Source: an uncultured virus (IMG/VR IMGVR_UViG_3300047160_009708) (taxonomy: Duplodnaviria; Heunggongvirae; Uroviricota; Caudoviricetes). From it: a stretch of DNA of 64,000 nucleotides. The DNA is taken from the IMG/VR virus record IMGVR_UViG_3300047160_009708; one strand, given 5' to 3'. This document shows positions 47,066 through 57,095 of the stretch, piece by piece; positions within the stretch are counted from its first letter, which is position 1, and each line of letters starts with the position of its first letter. The notes below the pieces were generated by a model that was not told the DNA's origin, searched no databases, and was given only the letters and a program-made list of their open reading frames with translations. The translations under genes were made by a program, and so were the position numbers.

Positions 47066-48730
47066 TCAGGCGCGCTGGCCCATGCGCCGCGCGTCAAGCT
47101 TGGCCGCCAGGTACGCCCGTACCGCCTCGGTGTGGTTGTCGATCTTGTTGGCGCGGCTGTAGCGCACGATCGCCTCGGAGTCTTCCGCTGTGAGCGTGTC
47201 GGCGATGTCGCCCTCGGTGACCGCCTCGGGCGAACGCACAAGATCCTGATCGATCGGGTCGCGGTGATAGCGCCTTTTGATGCGGTTGTAATGCTTGCCG
47301 TACTGCTTGTGGCTCATATCCACGCAGTCGTTCACTTCCTCCTCTAGATCGAATTGATATCCTTGCGCCAGCAGGTTGGTGAGGTCGCGCTCGATCGTGG
47401 CTTCCCGGTTGTACCGTTCAAGCTGCGCGATCCGCTTCTTCTGCTTGTCGTTCTCGGCCTGCATCCGCGCCAGGTCGCGCTGATAGCGGCTCTTCTGAAT
47501 ACCGGCTTGAGCGTTGCGCACGCGTCTTACCTCCTGTTCGTCGTCCTCGTCCTCGGCCCCCTCGTCGTCGCCGTCGCCAGGACCACCAAACGATTGGTCC
47601 TCATCCTCGGGCGCACCCTCGGGGTCCAAATCCTGATCGCCCATGTCCTCGTCATCGTCACGACCTTCGAAGTCGTTGCGGCGATGGCTCGGCTGGTCGT
47701 CCGTGTCGTCTTCCATGTCGTAGCGCGACCGGCGACCGCCGGGTACGAACGTGTTCGTACCGCTCGGTGCGCTGGCCTCGTACTTCGCGGGCTTCTCGGG
47801 CGGCGGGCCCGCCTGCGTTTCGGCTTCCTCCTCCTCGGGCGTCTCTTCCCCTTCGTACGGTTCCGGTCCTTCCTCCTCGTCCTCGGGCATCCCTTCCTCC
47901 TCGGGTGGCGGCCCCTCTTCCGGCTCTTCCTCGTCGCCCAGGACCGGGCCGCCCGCCGGACCCATGCCGCCTTCCTCACCCGAGTCGTACTTTTCCAGCT
48001 TGGCAAAGAGAGCCTTGGCAACACCGCTCGCCACGCCCTCGATGAGCGCTTTCATGTCTTCCGGTGCTAGTGGCATCGATTCCTCCTCGTCCGGTGTCGC
48101 GGAAGCGCCGCCTGGCTTGCCGCCTAACGGCGGGAAGTTCCGCGCGTACCGGAGTAGCACGGCATCTGGTGGCGGCTGGTCAATGCGGTGATCGTTGCGC
48201 GAGTAGTACATGATCCCGATGTCCCGCTCGGGCGCGCGCCGTAGGAGCGAAACACTGTCGATCAGGTTAAAATGAGCCTTCTGATCCGACTTGAGCCGTT
48301 CCACCGAACGGTGTGGATATTTGAGCGCGTCCTCTTTCTTGCGACGGTCGATGTGGAAGTCACAGTAGAGGCAGGGTGTGCCCTTGTAATCGCCGACAAC
48401 ATACCGGCTCGTGAAGCCGATCGGCTCGGGCTGCGCACTCTCCTTGCCGGTGTCGGTCGTGTGGCCGATCTGAATCTGCGGGAACGTGCCCCGCGAGATC
48501 CGGCGATTGGTGTTGTGGGCGATCAGGTTCAATAGCTCCTCCGTGATGTCGCCCTTGTCGTCGCTCGTTTCCTCCGAGTGATGCGCGTCTAGAATCGGAA
48601 CACCGGAGATGGTGAGAAAGCGCGACGGGTCGCGTAAATGCTCCTCACTGAGCATGCCAGCGTGGTGCGGCTCCGAGACGAGTCGCGGTTGCTCGCGCAT
48701 GACGCGGCGCGGTTGCTCGTGTAATGGCAC
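47066..48730 (-). CDS. Prohead protease-scaffold fusion (Mu gpI-like organisation)
   Basis: N-domain PQIQIGHT...EPIGF...YPHRSVE...IDSVSLL..APE (His/Ser protease-like), long acidic linker, C-terminal coiled coil. Confidence 0.75.
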   Translation of the reverse strand: MPLHEQPRRVMREQPRLVSEPHHAGMLSEEHLRDPSRFLTISGVPILDAHHSEETSDDKGDITEELLNLIAHNTNRRISRGTFPQIQIGHTTDTGKESAQPEPIGFTSRYVVGDYKGTPCLYCDFHIDRRKKEDALKYPHRSVERLKSDQKAHFNLIDSVSLLRRAPERDIGIMYYSRNDHRIDQPPPDAVLLRYARNFPPLGGKPGGASATPDEEESMPLAPEDMKALIEGVASGVAKALFAKLEKYDSGEEGGMGPAGGPVLGDEEEPEEGPPPEEEGMPEDEEEGPEPYEGEETPEEEEAETQAGPPPEKPAKYEASAPSGTNTFVPGGRRSRYDMEDDTDDQPSHRRNDFEGRDDDEDMGDQDLDPEGAPEDEDQSFGGPGDGDDEGAEDEDDEQEVRRVRNAQAGIQKSRYQRDLARMQAENDKQKKRIAQLERYNREATIERDLTNLLAQGYQFDLEEEVNDCVDMSHKQYGKHYNRIKRRYHRDPIDQDLVRSPEAVTEGDIADTLTAEDSEAIVRYSRANKIDNHTEAVRAYLAAKLDARRMGQRA

Positions 48731-48769
48731 GGCTCAACCCCCGAAGAACGTGTTGAAGGAGCCACCCCC

Positions 48770-49015
48770 GTGAAGATCACCAGGGCGATTTATCGGTCAC
48801 TGCGGCGCTGGATCAGGCGCGGCGAGCGCGCGGCGACCACGGCGAACGTCAAGCCAGGCGCTCGTGTGCGCGTTCATGACGGATCGCGCGACCCACCGGT
48901 CTATCATGTCGTGGAAGCCAACGACTCCATCATTGGTCGGGCTGTCACTGCCGAGGGCCTGGGCGAGCCGGTCGATTTGACCGACGCCCGGAACCGGATG
49001 ACCGTGCGCGCTTAG
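48770..49015 (+). CDS. Small antisense hypothetical protein
   Basis: GAAGGAG RBS before GTG; 81 aa filling the gap before the protease gene. Confidence 0.45.
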   Translation: MKITRAIYRSLRRWIRRGERAATTANVKPGARVRVHDGSRDPPVYHVVEANDSIIGRAVTAEGLGEPVDLTDARNRMTVRA

Positions 49016-49157
49016 GCGGCCGGTCGAAGTCGTCGAGGTCGTCCTCGATCACGATCTCGCCGCGCTTGACGCACGCCAAGAGATTGGCCAGGCAGCAGTC
49101 CATCTCCCGCCGTTCCATCTCGGTATACGCGCTTACGAGTGAGTCCTTGCGTTTCAT
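48945..49157 (-). CDS. Small protein coupled to the polyprotein stop; candidate partner of the zeta-like domain
   Basis: ATGA overlap at 49154-49157; acidic stretch IEDDLDDFD. Confidence 0.55.
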   Translation of the reverse strand: MKRKDSLVSAYTEMERREMDCCLANLLACVKRGEIVIEDDLDDFDRPPKRARSSGSGRRSNRPARPGPRQ

Positions 49158-52100
49158 GGGCAACCCCCGCGCCCGCCCTTGTCCATCACCTTCGGCGCCG
49201 TGCCGAACGGGACGTCGTTGTCGAGCATGGTGTAGCAGTCCACCAAACCGCTCGCCTTGAGCGCCTGGTACGACTTCTCAGGACCGCCATTCATCAACGC
49301 AATCAAACCGGGTGGCACAAATCGCCCCAACTCTTGATGTAACTCTTGAGGATCGGAATAGCCGAATGCGTTCGCGGCGAATCGATTCCAGGCGCGGCTT
49401 GCATTCTTATACACGGGAAAGTTCACGTTGATCATGTGTAATTCGTAGCCAGCCTTGGCAAAGGCTTTTGCTTGTTTCATCATCGCATTGGGATCGCTAC
49501 CGGCGATGTCCATGATGATGTTGTGCCGGTTCTTGATCGCTCGCTTCATGATCGGTCCATACGTCAGCATGATGGATTCCGAGTGCAGGACATCGCCATT
49601 CCAGCCTTCGTATTCCGGGAACCGCGCGCGAATGTCATCGGAACTGATGGTTGTGAAACCGACGCCCAGCTTATGCGCCAGTGGCACGCCCACGGTCGTC
49701 TTGCCCGAACCGGGTCGGCCCATCATGAACACCACGATCGGCTTCTGGCCTGGCCGCGCCTTGGCGTCGGGATTGAGCGTCAATTGCAAGATACGCTTGT
49801 GCTCCTTCTTGCGATCGTTGGTCCATTTCAGCTTGCGGTAGGCATTGCGCCAGTCCGGGCTGTTGATGACCTTGGCCACGTCGGTGCCCGGCTGCGTGTG
49901 CTGGAAGACGGACCAGGACGAGCCCAGACCACCCGGTGCCGCCTTCTCGATCTGGTCCAGCTTGACCTTAAGCTGCTGATAGAGCGGCGTCGCCTCGACG
50001 TCCCGCACATAACGGTCAAGATCCCGCATGTCGGTCGCGGGCTTGATGGGCTTGGTGGCGGCTGCGGCCTGGCGATCGTCGGCGGTGACGTGCGTCGGCA
50101 AGGGCGCTTCGGAGATGCCTCGGAAGTACGCGCGCGTCTTGCCGAACGCGGACCGGGTTTCCTCACGCGTGCCCGTGCCCGGCCCTTGCTCAACCTGGGC
50201 GCGCTCGGCGGGCGTGGCGCGCTCCAGCGCTTCGGCGGGAATGAACTCGCCGCCCGTGAACCGCTTGCCGCCGATCGATACGCCGCCTGCGGGCGCATGG
50301 TGGACAGCGTAGCGCACGACCGGCCGATGCGCGCGCCCGTGCAGCACGCGCCGCAGCTTATCCCAGACCGTCTCGGGCACCGCGCGGCCGTGCCGGACTA
50401 GCGCTTGGGCTTCCGCTTGTCGTCGCGCGTAACGGGCCTTCCAGTCATAATCCCAAACGCTTCGCCCTCCCTGGTCACGTCCTTCGCCGGGCGGTACCCA
50501 GCGCGGCGCGTTCGGGTGGGATCGTTCGTACTCGGCGATGAAGGCTTCGTACTTGCGGTAGGCTTCTTCGCGGGTTGACGCCCCTGTGGGGAAGAATTCT
50601 CCGTGGCCACGACGCACCTCCGGTTGAATGTGGTACTGCTTCGCAACAGCGTGAACCTTGTCGCCCAGCTCGGACCCTTGATCGAACAGATAAACACGCG
50701 TGCCCTGGTCGGTTTCCTGCAAGGTCCGGAACGCGATCCCCTGCCGGTCCAGGCTCTTGCGCACCGACTCGGGATCGGCGGGCAGATCGAGGGTCCATAG
50801 CGAGTCTTTACCGCCTGGAGACGATAAGAACGGAATCACCGCCCACTGCTTGGCAATCCGACCCTTGATCGCCAGGGCATACTTCAACGTATCAAAATCC
50901 GTGACGTTCTCATAACGCGTGATGCTCGACGGCTCGGCGCCCGCTGTCTCACCCGCCGGTGCCCAGTCGCCGATGACGGTGACTGTCGTCCCCCTCAGCC
51001 CCAACTTCCGATCAATATCGCTCGATAGCTTGATCCACTTGTGTTGCACTTCGCCCTTGGCGCGCTTCCTGGCTTCGCGGTAGTCCAGGCCCGACTCGAC
51101 TTCGGGCGACACGAACCCCTCGGCCTCGGGTTGCGGGGCGCGCGGCTTGCTGGCCGCCGCGCCGTTGCCCTTGACCCTGGCAAATTCCCCTTTGTTTTCA
51201 GGCTGGCCGCGAGGGTGCTTTTCCGCGTCCCAGGCATAGCGCACGCGCTCCTGACGCGGCAGCAGCACACGCGCCAGACGCGCGTACACGTTCGAACGCA
51301 TATAGCGTTCCTTACCTTCGCCCTCGCTTGGCTTGGACTCGTCCAGCTCCTTGATCTTCGATTCCCAGCTTTTGATGTTGCGTTCGATCGTTTCGATGTC
51401 GCGCGGGCTTAACTCCTCCCGGATGTACGGGCGCGTGCCGCCACCGTGAATCCGGTACCCGGCCTTGATGTCCACCTTGCCCTTGCGAATCGCGAATTCC
51501 AGCTTCTCCTTGTGGTTGGCGATCCACGCCTTGGTCCCCATCATGTCGGTCATCTGCTTCATCATGTCGCGGACCGTATCGCCCTTGGTCTTGGTCCACC
51601 GGCTGATCACCGCGTCGGATGTGGACACGTCCTCATATTTACCATTGACGCTCCACCGCTTGACCGGATCGGGGTCGATCTTGCTGACAATCTTCTCGAA
51701 CTGCTTCTTGAGGTCGGCCTGCTTGGGGTCGGGATAGTTGGGCATCCCCTCCTTGAACCGCGCCAGCACCGCCTGCGCGTCGCGCACGAACTGGCGGTTC
51801 TCGGCCCAGACCGTTTCCTTGGCCACCCGCTCGCCGCTCTTGCCCTCGGCCTGAAAGTGGGTCACGCACTCCGAGCCGACCGGCAAGGTCCACTTTTTGT
51901 CATCATTCTGCAAGTGGTAGACATTCTTGATACTGGTGCCGCACAGCCCGCACGTACCACCCTCGCTGCCGCCGCCCTCATGCTTGTAGAGCGTTGGCGC
52001 TTCGCTGTACCCCTCGGGCATGTTGAACGTCGGCATCATGCGCGGCTGGCCGCGATCGTCCTCGGTCTCCGTCATGCCGGTGATTTCCACCGCCTTCCAC

Positions 52101-55100
52101 TCGTCCTCGCGCGTGCCCATGTGCTCCAGATTCTTGCGCACCGCCTCGGCATACTTCAGCTTGCCGCCCGCCGCCTTCTTGGCCTTCTTGGCCGGTTTCG
52201 CCTTGGCTTCAGCCGTGCCTTCCGCTTCGATCTTGGCCCGCTCCTCGGGGGTCGCCTGCGCCATCACCTCGGACGTGATGAACTCGCCGCCCGGATAAAA
52301 CTTGCCCCCGATCTCGACGCCGCCCTTGGGCGCGTGCTTTGCTTCATAACGCACACGCTGCACGTCGCCGTAGATAACCCTGTGCAGCCGCGCCCAGATT
52401 GAACTGCGGGCATACCGCATGCGAGGATTCCCACTGTCAAACGTGCCGATGTTATCGACCGCCTTCACCTGGCCGGGGTCAAACGCGATCCACACGCGGT
52501 GGCTGCGCGTGCCCATGTTGGCGCCGCCGATGTGCGTGATGCCGTCGTAACCGGCCTGCTTGATCAGATAGTTGGCGCCCTGCTTGCCCGCGATCTGCTC
52601 CAGCGCGAAGTACACGTCGTCACCGTTGGGCGCGCCGCGCGTGCGCGCGGCTTGTCTCAACTGATTGAGCGCGGTTTGTGCGCCCTTACGTATCTCGCGC
52701 TCGTCCGTTTCGTGCCCGCTGAAGTAGGACTTGCCCGCCGCCGCCCGAAACTCGGTCAAACCCTTGCCACGCGCCAGCGGCTCCACCAGCGCGCGGAGCG
52801 GATCGATGTCGATCGTCCCGTCCACGCGGAACGGTCGGCGAATGTTGAGGTACGACGCGTACAAGTGGCCTTCCACCTTGATCCCCGCCTGCCGCGCCAC
52901 TTCGGGGACATTGATGTTGTAAGGCTGAGCGCTGAGCGTCTCGTCAATTAAGTCATAGGACCAATGTGAGCCCTTGGGATCGCGGAATGCATCGATCATC
53001 TTCTGAGCATGTTCACGCTCGGTATCGCTCAGGTAGCCGCGCGATAACCGGGCCAGCGCGCTGCTGAGCGCCTCGCCCAACTTATCCTTGTCCGCCGGTG
53101 CCAGCTTGATGCCCTTCTGCGTGTAGCCGCGCTGCTTCAAGCGCTTCTCCAGGCCGGTCGAGCCCATCCACTTGCCGGTCTGACTGTCCTGATACGGCGG
53201 CCACAGCGTTTTGGTCGCCGCCCTGGCCTCCTCCTCGGTGCCAAACTCGCTCCACACCGGCACCTGCTCCCAGTCGCCTGCCGCAATCCCTTTGTCCTCG
53301 GTGTGGTAGAAGCCAGGCCCGTACAGGTTGACGCCGCTGTCGATCTTGGGATCGAATGCCTCGAAGAGCGCCTGGCTACCGTGGTAGGCCAGAATCGGCT
53401 TGCCGGTATTCTCGTCGCGCACGACCGAGGCTTCGACGTTGTACGTGTCCTTCGGTTCGCCGGTCTTGGGATGCACGACCTTCGATGCGTCCACCGGATT
53501 GTGTACCCAGTCGCCGAACCAGTTCGTGAACTCGGGCGAGCGCGTGCCCAGCTTGCGGTAGTCGCGCTCGGCCTGCATGCGCTGCGCGCGGGCCTGACCG
53601 GCCTCGCTCAGCGCCTTCGTGGGCGCCTTGCCCGCATGACGGCTCGCTGGCGGCTGCGCGGCCTGCTGGCCGCCGCGCTCGACCGCCGCGCGCTCCTCGG
53701 GCGTCGCCTGGGCCATGACCTCGGACGGAATGAACTCGCCGCCGGGGAAGAAACGACCGGCAACCTGCACGCCGCCCTTGGGCGCGTGCCTTGCTTCATA
53801 ACGCACCAGCCTGGCCAGCCGCGCGTACACCGACCGCTTAACGGTTGAGCTTCTGGTCCCAGATGCGATCGAGGATTTTTTCGTCCTCGGGCGAGATGTC
53901 CGGCTCCTCGTAACGGTGCTCCCGATGCCCCTCCCGTACCGGCTTGTGCTTGCCTCGGTCGGGTACGCCGCCGCGTGAATCGCCGGATTGGTCACGCCCT
54001 CTTTGTGCAGGAGGTACGCGTCCAGCGTCTTGAGACTGAGGCTGCCCGGCTTCATGTCGAACGTCATCTCTCTGCTGTCGCCGTTGATTTCCCACCAGTC
54101 CCTCCCTTCTTGAGTTGCCATCAGGTCGCTAACACGTTTCGCACCTTTAAGGTCGTCCGGTAGGCGCTTGATATCCCAACTAGAGAAGGTATCATCATAA
54201 CCCATCTTGGGCCAAACCTTGTAGCCGACCATCGGATGATTGGGGTCGTCGTCGCGCGCCGCGACCGTCTCGATTTCCTCAATCCCCAGCTTCATCGCCT
54301 CCTCGACCTCGTGCGCGAAGACCGTATGACCCATCCCCTTGCGCTTCAGGTCAGGGTCCTCAATGAAGAATTCGTCATTATGTAATATGAGAGTACCAGC
54401 ATACTGCGAGTCAAGCGTGCGCTTCATTTTCCAGCTTGGCGCGCCGCGATAATCGGTGGGGCTATGCGCCTCGATGACAATCGCACCGAAGAGTCCTTCG
54501 CTTAGCTGGACAGTCGCGTCATCGGGCGCGCCGATCAGGGTCGGCAGGTCAGCGGCGGTGATCGGCAGCTTCAATTGCTTCAGCTTGTCCTCGATGCGCC
54601 CCTTGTCCCCGGACACGATCCGGCCCTTGCTCTTGTACTTGCCTGCGGGCTTAGCTGTCGCTGGCGGCTCAGCGGTCGCCGTCGCGCCCCCCTTGCCTTT
54701 CTCGATAAACTCACCCTTGTTCTCAGGCTGCCCGCGCGGGTGCAGCTCCGACTGCCAGGCGCGGGCGTAGCGCAGCAGCTTGGCCCGCCACGGATTGCGA
54801 CGGTTGCGCTCGAAGCCCGGCATGAGCATCTGGCCGGGCGCGTCGCGCCGCACGCCGTGCTCCTTGTTCCATTGCTTGATATACTCATTTAATGTCTTGC
54901 GGCTCTCACTATCCGGACGCGTGTCGAATTCCAGGTCGATGTTGCTGCCGTGCTCCTCCCACCACTCGCGACCGCCCGGCGTCTTGTACAACTGGCTGAT
55001 CATGATGGTGTCGTCGTTGCCGGGAAAGTCGCTCTTGTAGTGGACCCAGTCCGGTAGCTCGCCGTCGAACCCCAGCTTGGGCCAAACCTTGTAGCCGATC

Positions 55101-56563
55101 ATGAACGCGGACCGCGCGGCGGTTGTCGTGATCTTGCCGATCCCCGCGTTCCACGCCTCCTCGACCTCGTGCGCCAGCACGGTGTGACCCAGGCCCTTAC
55201 CCTGCGCGCTGCGGTCGTTGATGAAGAATCCCGCGTTATGGATAAAAAGATCGCCATCGTCATCGTGTTGAATCTCGCGATCCATAGTCCAAACGCTCCG
55301 TGTCGCGCCTTTGGGCGTTTGGTACGTCGCGGTACTCACCGCCGAGATGCCGATCTCGTCGTAGTTCGCGCTGATGTCCACCGTGGCGTCATCGGGGATT
55401 CCCAGCAGCGTCGGCAGGTCGTCGATGGGGATGTCAAGGTTATTATTCTCAAGCCAATCGCGGACCTCCTCATCATCCACCGATTTGATCTTGGCCTTGC
55501 TCTTGTACGTGCCGGGCTTGTCCCGCTTTTCGAGCTTCTCGGGCCACGGCGCGCCCTTGGTGGATTCCTTGGGCTGCGCTTGGGGCTTCTCCTTGGGCTT
55601 CTCCTTCGTGGCCGTCGTGCTGCCCGTGCCCCTGACGACGAACTGCCCTTTGTTCTTGGGCTGACCACGCGGGTGTAGCTCACTCTTCCATTCGCTCTTG
55701 TAACGCGTGCGCTCCTGCTCATACTCTACCCGGTTGTCTTTTGTGCTAAACGTGCCCTGGTTTAGTGTGGATTTCACCTGATTCGGATCGAATGCAATCC
55801 ACGAATCCTCCGCGCCGTACTTGCGGTATATCTCATCAGGCACGTCGCGATCGAGGAATCGTGCCCAGATCGGATCGCGATGCAGCGCGTCGAAATCAAT
55901 CTTGCCCTCACCGCGATTGGTGTAAACCACACCGTCATAGCCAGCACCACGAATCAGGGATTGGAGCGTCTGGTTCGACCACTTATGAAAATTGTCTTGA
56001 TCGTTGAATTCTATATGCTCCGCTTTGTCGCTCAATCCTGGCGGTATTTTGATCCCCAGCTTTTCGAGTTGTCCAGCGACGTCGCGGAAACGCCAAAAAC
56101 CCGCGTCGCGCAAACGCAGCGGATTCTCAATCCGCGCGTACAGCGGCATGATATGCTCATCGCCTGCTGCGGACGCATCCGGCCCCACGAATTGCTCGGC
56201 CTGCGCTTCAGTGCCCACATGTAAGCCCAAATCACCGACGTCCGGGTCCATCGTGCTCCAGTCGCCGCGCTTGGTGCCGTGGTAGACGACCATCGGCTTG
56301 CCCTGGGCATCGACCACCTTCGACTTGCCGAACCAGCGACGAAATTCCGGTGTGTCCGTGCGCGACTTACGGGCAGGCGCCGGCTTGTCTTTCACCGCAA
56401 CACCGCTACCGCTCTTGCCGTTGGCTTTAACGAATTCTCCCTTGTTGGCAGGCTGACCACGCGGGTGCAATTCCGATTTCCACTCACTCTTGTAGCGCGC
56501 GCGCTCGCGCCCGTAGAGCATGCGCGCCAGGCGACCGTAGATCGAGCCGGGGGCACTCGACAC
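49154..56563 (-). CDS. Large polyvalent protein: ART-like, GNAT-like, GNAT-like, ART-like, Zn-binding, unknown, zeta-toxin-like P-loop kinase
   Basis: FRRWFG..VYHGT..GYDG..WIAFDPNQVK (twice, second copy variant); GKGLG/RKGMG..AAR..GYKVWPK(L/M)G (twice); CGLCG..VGSEC; GRPGSGKTT..SSDDIR..IIMD. Confidence 0.85.
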   Translation of the reverse strand: MSSAPGSIYGRLARMLYGRERARYKSEWKSELHPRGQPANKGEFVKANGKSGSGVAVKDKPAPARKSRTDTPEFRRWFGKSKVVDAQGKPMVVYHGTKRGDWSTMDPDVGDLGLHVGTEAQAEQFVGPDASAAGDEHIMPLYARIENPLRLRDAGFWRFRDVAGQLEKLGIKIPPGLSDKAEHIEFNDQDNFHKWSNQTLQSLIRGAGYDGVVYTNRGEGKIDFDALHRDPIWARFLDRDVPDEIYRKYGAEDSWIAFDPNQVKSTLNQGTFSTKDNRVEYEQERTRYKSEWKSELHPRGQPKNKGQFVVRGTGSTTATKEKPKEKPQAQPKESTKGAPWPEKLEKRDKPGTYKSKAKIKSVDDEEVRDWLENNNLDIPIDDLPTLLGIPDDATVDISANYDEIGISAVSTATYQTPKGATRSVWTMDREIQHDDDGDLFIHNAGFFINDRSAQGKGLGHTVLAHEVEEAWNAGIGKITTTAARSAFMIGYKVWPKLGFDGELPDWVHYKSDFPGNDDTIMISQLYKTPGGREWWEEHGSNIDLEFDTRPDSESRKTLNEYIKQWNKEHGVRRDAPGQMLMPGFERNRRNPWRAKLLRYARAWQSELHPRGQPENKGEFIEKGKGGATATAEPPATAKPAGKYKSKGRIVSGDKGRIEDKLKQLKLPITAADLPTLIGAPDDATVQLSEGLFGAIVIEAHSPTDYRGAPSWKMKRTLDSQYAGTLILHNDEFFIEDPDLKRKGMGHTVFAHEVEEAMKLGIEEIETVAARDDDPNHPMVGYKVWPKMGYDDTFSSWDIKRLPDDLKGAKRVSDLMATQEGRDWWEINGDSREMTFDMKPGSLSLKTLDAYLLHKEGVTNPAIHAAAYPTEASTSRYGRGIGSTVTRSRTSRPRTKKSSIASGTRSSTVKRSVYARLARLVRYEARHAPKGGVQVAGRFFPGGEFIPSEVMAQATPEERAAVERGGQQAAQPPASRHAGKAPTKALSEAGQARAQRMQAERDYRKLGTRSPEFTNWFGDWVHNPVDASKVVHPKTGEPKDTYNVEASVVRDENTGKPILAYHGSQALFEAFDPKIDSGVNLYGPGFYHTEDKGIAAGDWEQVPVWSEFGTEEEARAATKTLWPPYQDSQTGKWMGSTGLEKRLKQRGYTQKGIKLAPADKDKLGEALSSALARLSRGYLSDTEREHAQKMIDAFRDPKGSHWSYDLIDETLSAQPYNINVPEVARQAGIKVEGHLYASYLNIRRPFRVDGTIDIDPLRALVEPLARGKGLTEFRAAAGKSYFSGHETDEREIRKGAQTALNQLRQAARTRGAPNGDDVYFALEQIAGKQGANYLIKQAGYDGITHIGGANMGTRSHRVWIAFDPGQVKAVDNIGTFDSGNPRMRYARSSIWARLHRVIYGDVQRVRYEAKHAPKGGVEIGGKFYPGGEFITSEVMAQATPEERAKIEAEGTAEAKAKPAKKAKKAAGGKLKYAEAVRKNLEHMGTREDEWKAVEITGMTETEDDRGQPRMMPTFNMPEGYSEAPTLYKHEGGGSEGGTCGLCGTSIKNVYHLQNDDKKWTLPVGSECVTHFQAEGKSGERVAKETVWAENRQFVRDAQAVLARFKEGMPNYPDPKQADLKKQFEKIVSKIDPDPVKRWSVNGKYEDVSTSDAVISRWTKTKGDTVRDMMKQMTDMMGTKAWIANHKEKLEFAIRKGKVDIKAGYRIHGGGTRPYIREELSPRDIETIERNIKSWESKIKELDESKPSEGEGKERYMRSNVYARLARVLLPRQERVRYAWDAEKHPRGQPENKGEFARVKGNGAAASKPRAPQPEAEGFVSPEVESGLDYREARKRAKGEVQHKWIKLSSDIDRKLGLRGTTVTVIGDWAPAGETAGAEPSSITRYENVTDFDTLKYALAIKGRIAKQWAVIPFLSSPGGKDSLWTLDLPADPESVRKSLDRQGIAFRTLQETDQGTRVYLFDQGSELGDKVHAVAKQYHIQPEVRRGHGEFFPTGASTREEAYRKYEAFIAEYERSHPNAPRWVPPGEGRDQGGRSVWDYDWKARYARRQAEAQALVRHGRAVPETVWDKLRRVLHGRAHRPVVRYAVHHAPAGGVSIGGKRFTGGEFIPAEALERATPAERAQVEQGPGTGTREETRSAFGKTRAYFRGISEAPLPTHVTADDRQAAAATKPIKPATDMRDLDRYVRDVEATPLYQQLKVKLDQIEKAAPGGLGSSWSVFQHTQPGTDVAKVINSPDWRNAYRKLKWTNDRKKEHKRILQLTLNPDAKARPGQKPIVVFMMGRPGSGKTTVGVPLAHKLGVGFTTISSDDIRARFPEYEGWNGDVLHSESIMLTYGPIMKRAIKNRHNIIMDIAGSDPNAMMKQAKAFAKAGYELHMINVNFPVYKNASRAWNRFAANAFGYSDPQELHQELGRFVPPGLIALMNGGPEKSYQALKASGLVDCYTMLDNDVPFGTAPKVMDKGGRGGCP

Positions 56564-56610
56564 TTACGCGCTCTCGTCCTGCATCAACTTGGTAAACAGC
56601 CGCGTCGGCA

Positions 56611-56823
56611 TCACGACCATCCCGCCAGCTTGAACGCGTCCAGACACTCGTCCGAACACACCGGGATCAGCCTCGGTCGGCCCGCGCCCCCTAACCGCCA
56701 CGTCGTATCACATCCACATGTGTGACAGGGCTCATGATCGTTCACGCGCCGCAGAAACTCATGCTGATGTAAGTCGATCACGTCCGTGTAGTTGGCGTCC
56801 GGGTACCGGTCGTCGAACTTCAC
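56611..56823 (-). CDS. Small zinc-finger-like protein
   Basis: CHTCG...VCSDEC; GTGA-coupled to 56820. Confidence 0.55.
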   Translation of the reverse strand: MKFDDRYPDANYTDVIDLHQHEFLRRVNDHEPCHTCGCDTTWRLGGAGRPRLIPVCSDECLDAFKLAGWS

Positions 56824-57095
56824 CGCTCGTTCTCGCGCGCCATCTTCGCAATGATCTTCTCGACCGCCGCCAGTTGCTTCTTGCTCTCGGGCGTCGATGG
56901 CTGCGGGTCGGGATACTTCAGCTTCACACGCTTCTCACCGGCCGGACGCACGTCGCCACCCAAGAGCAGCGTGCGCAGCTCACCGATCGCCCGCTCGCGC
57001 GTGAACCCGAACAGCTTTTGGAGCGCGGTCACGTCGTCCTCGGTGAACTTGCCGTCAGGCTGCGCCTTGAGGAATTTCATGCCTTCTTGATCCAC
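56820..57095 (-). CDS. Small 'MDQE' protein, paralogous to the N-terminus of 57077-58225
   Basis: MDQEGMKF..QPDGKFTE....L.K.FG.TRERAI.EL.TL..GGDVR; overlaps the upstream gene by 19 nt. Confidence 0.75.
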   Translation of the reverse strand: MDQEGMKFLKAQPDGKFTEDDVTALQKLFGFTRERAIGELRTLLLGGDVRPAGEKRVKLKYPDPQPSTPESKKQLAAVEKIIAKMARENER

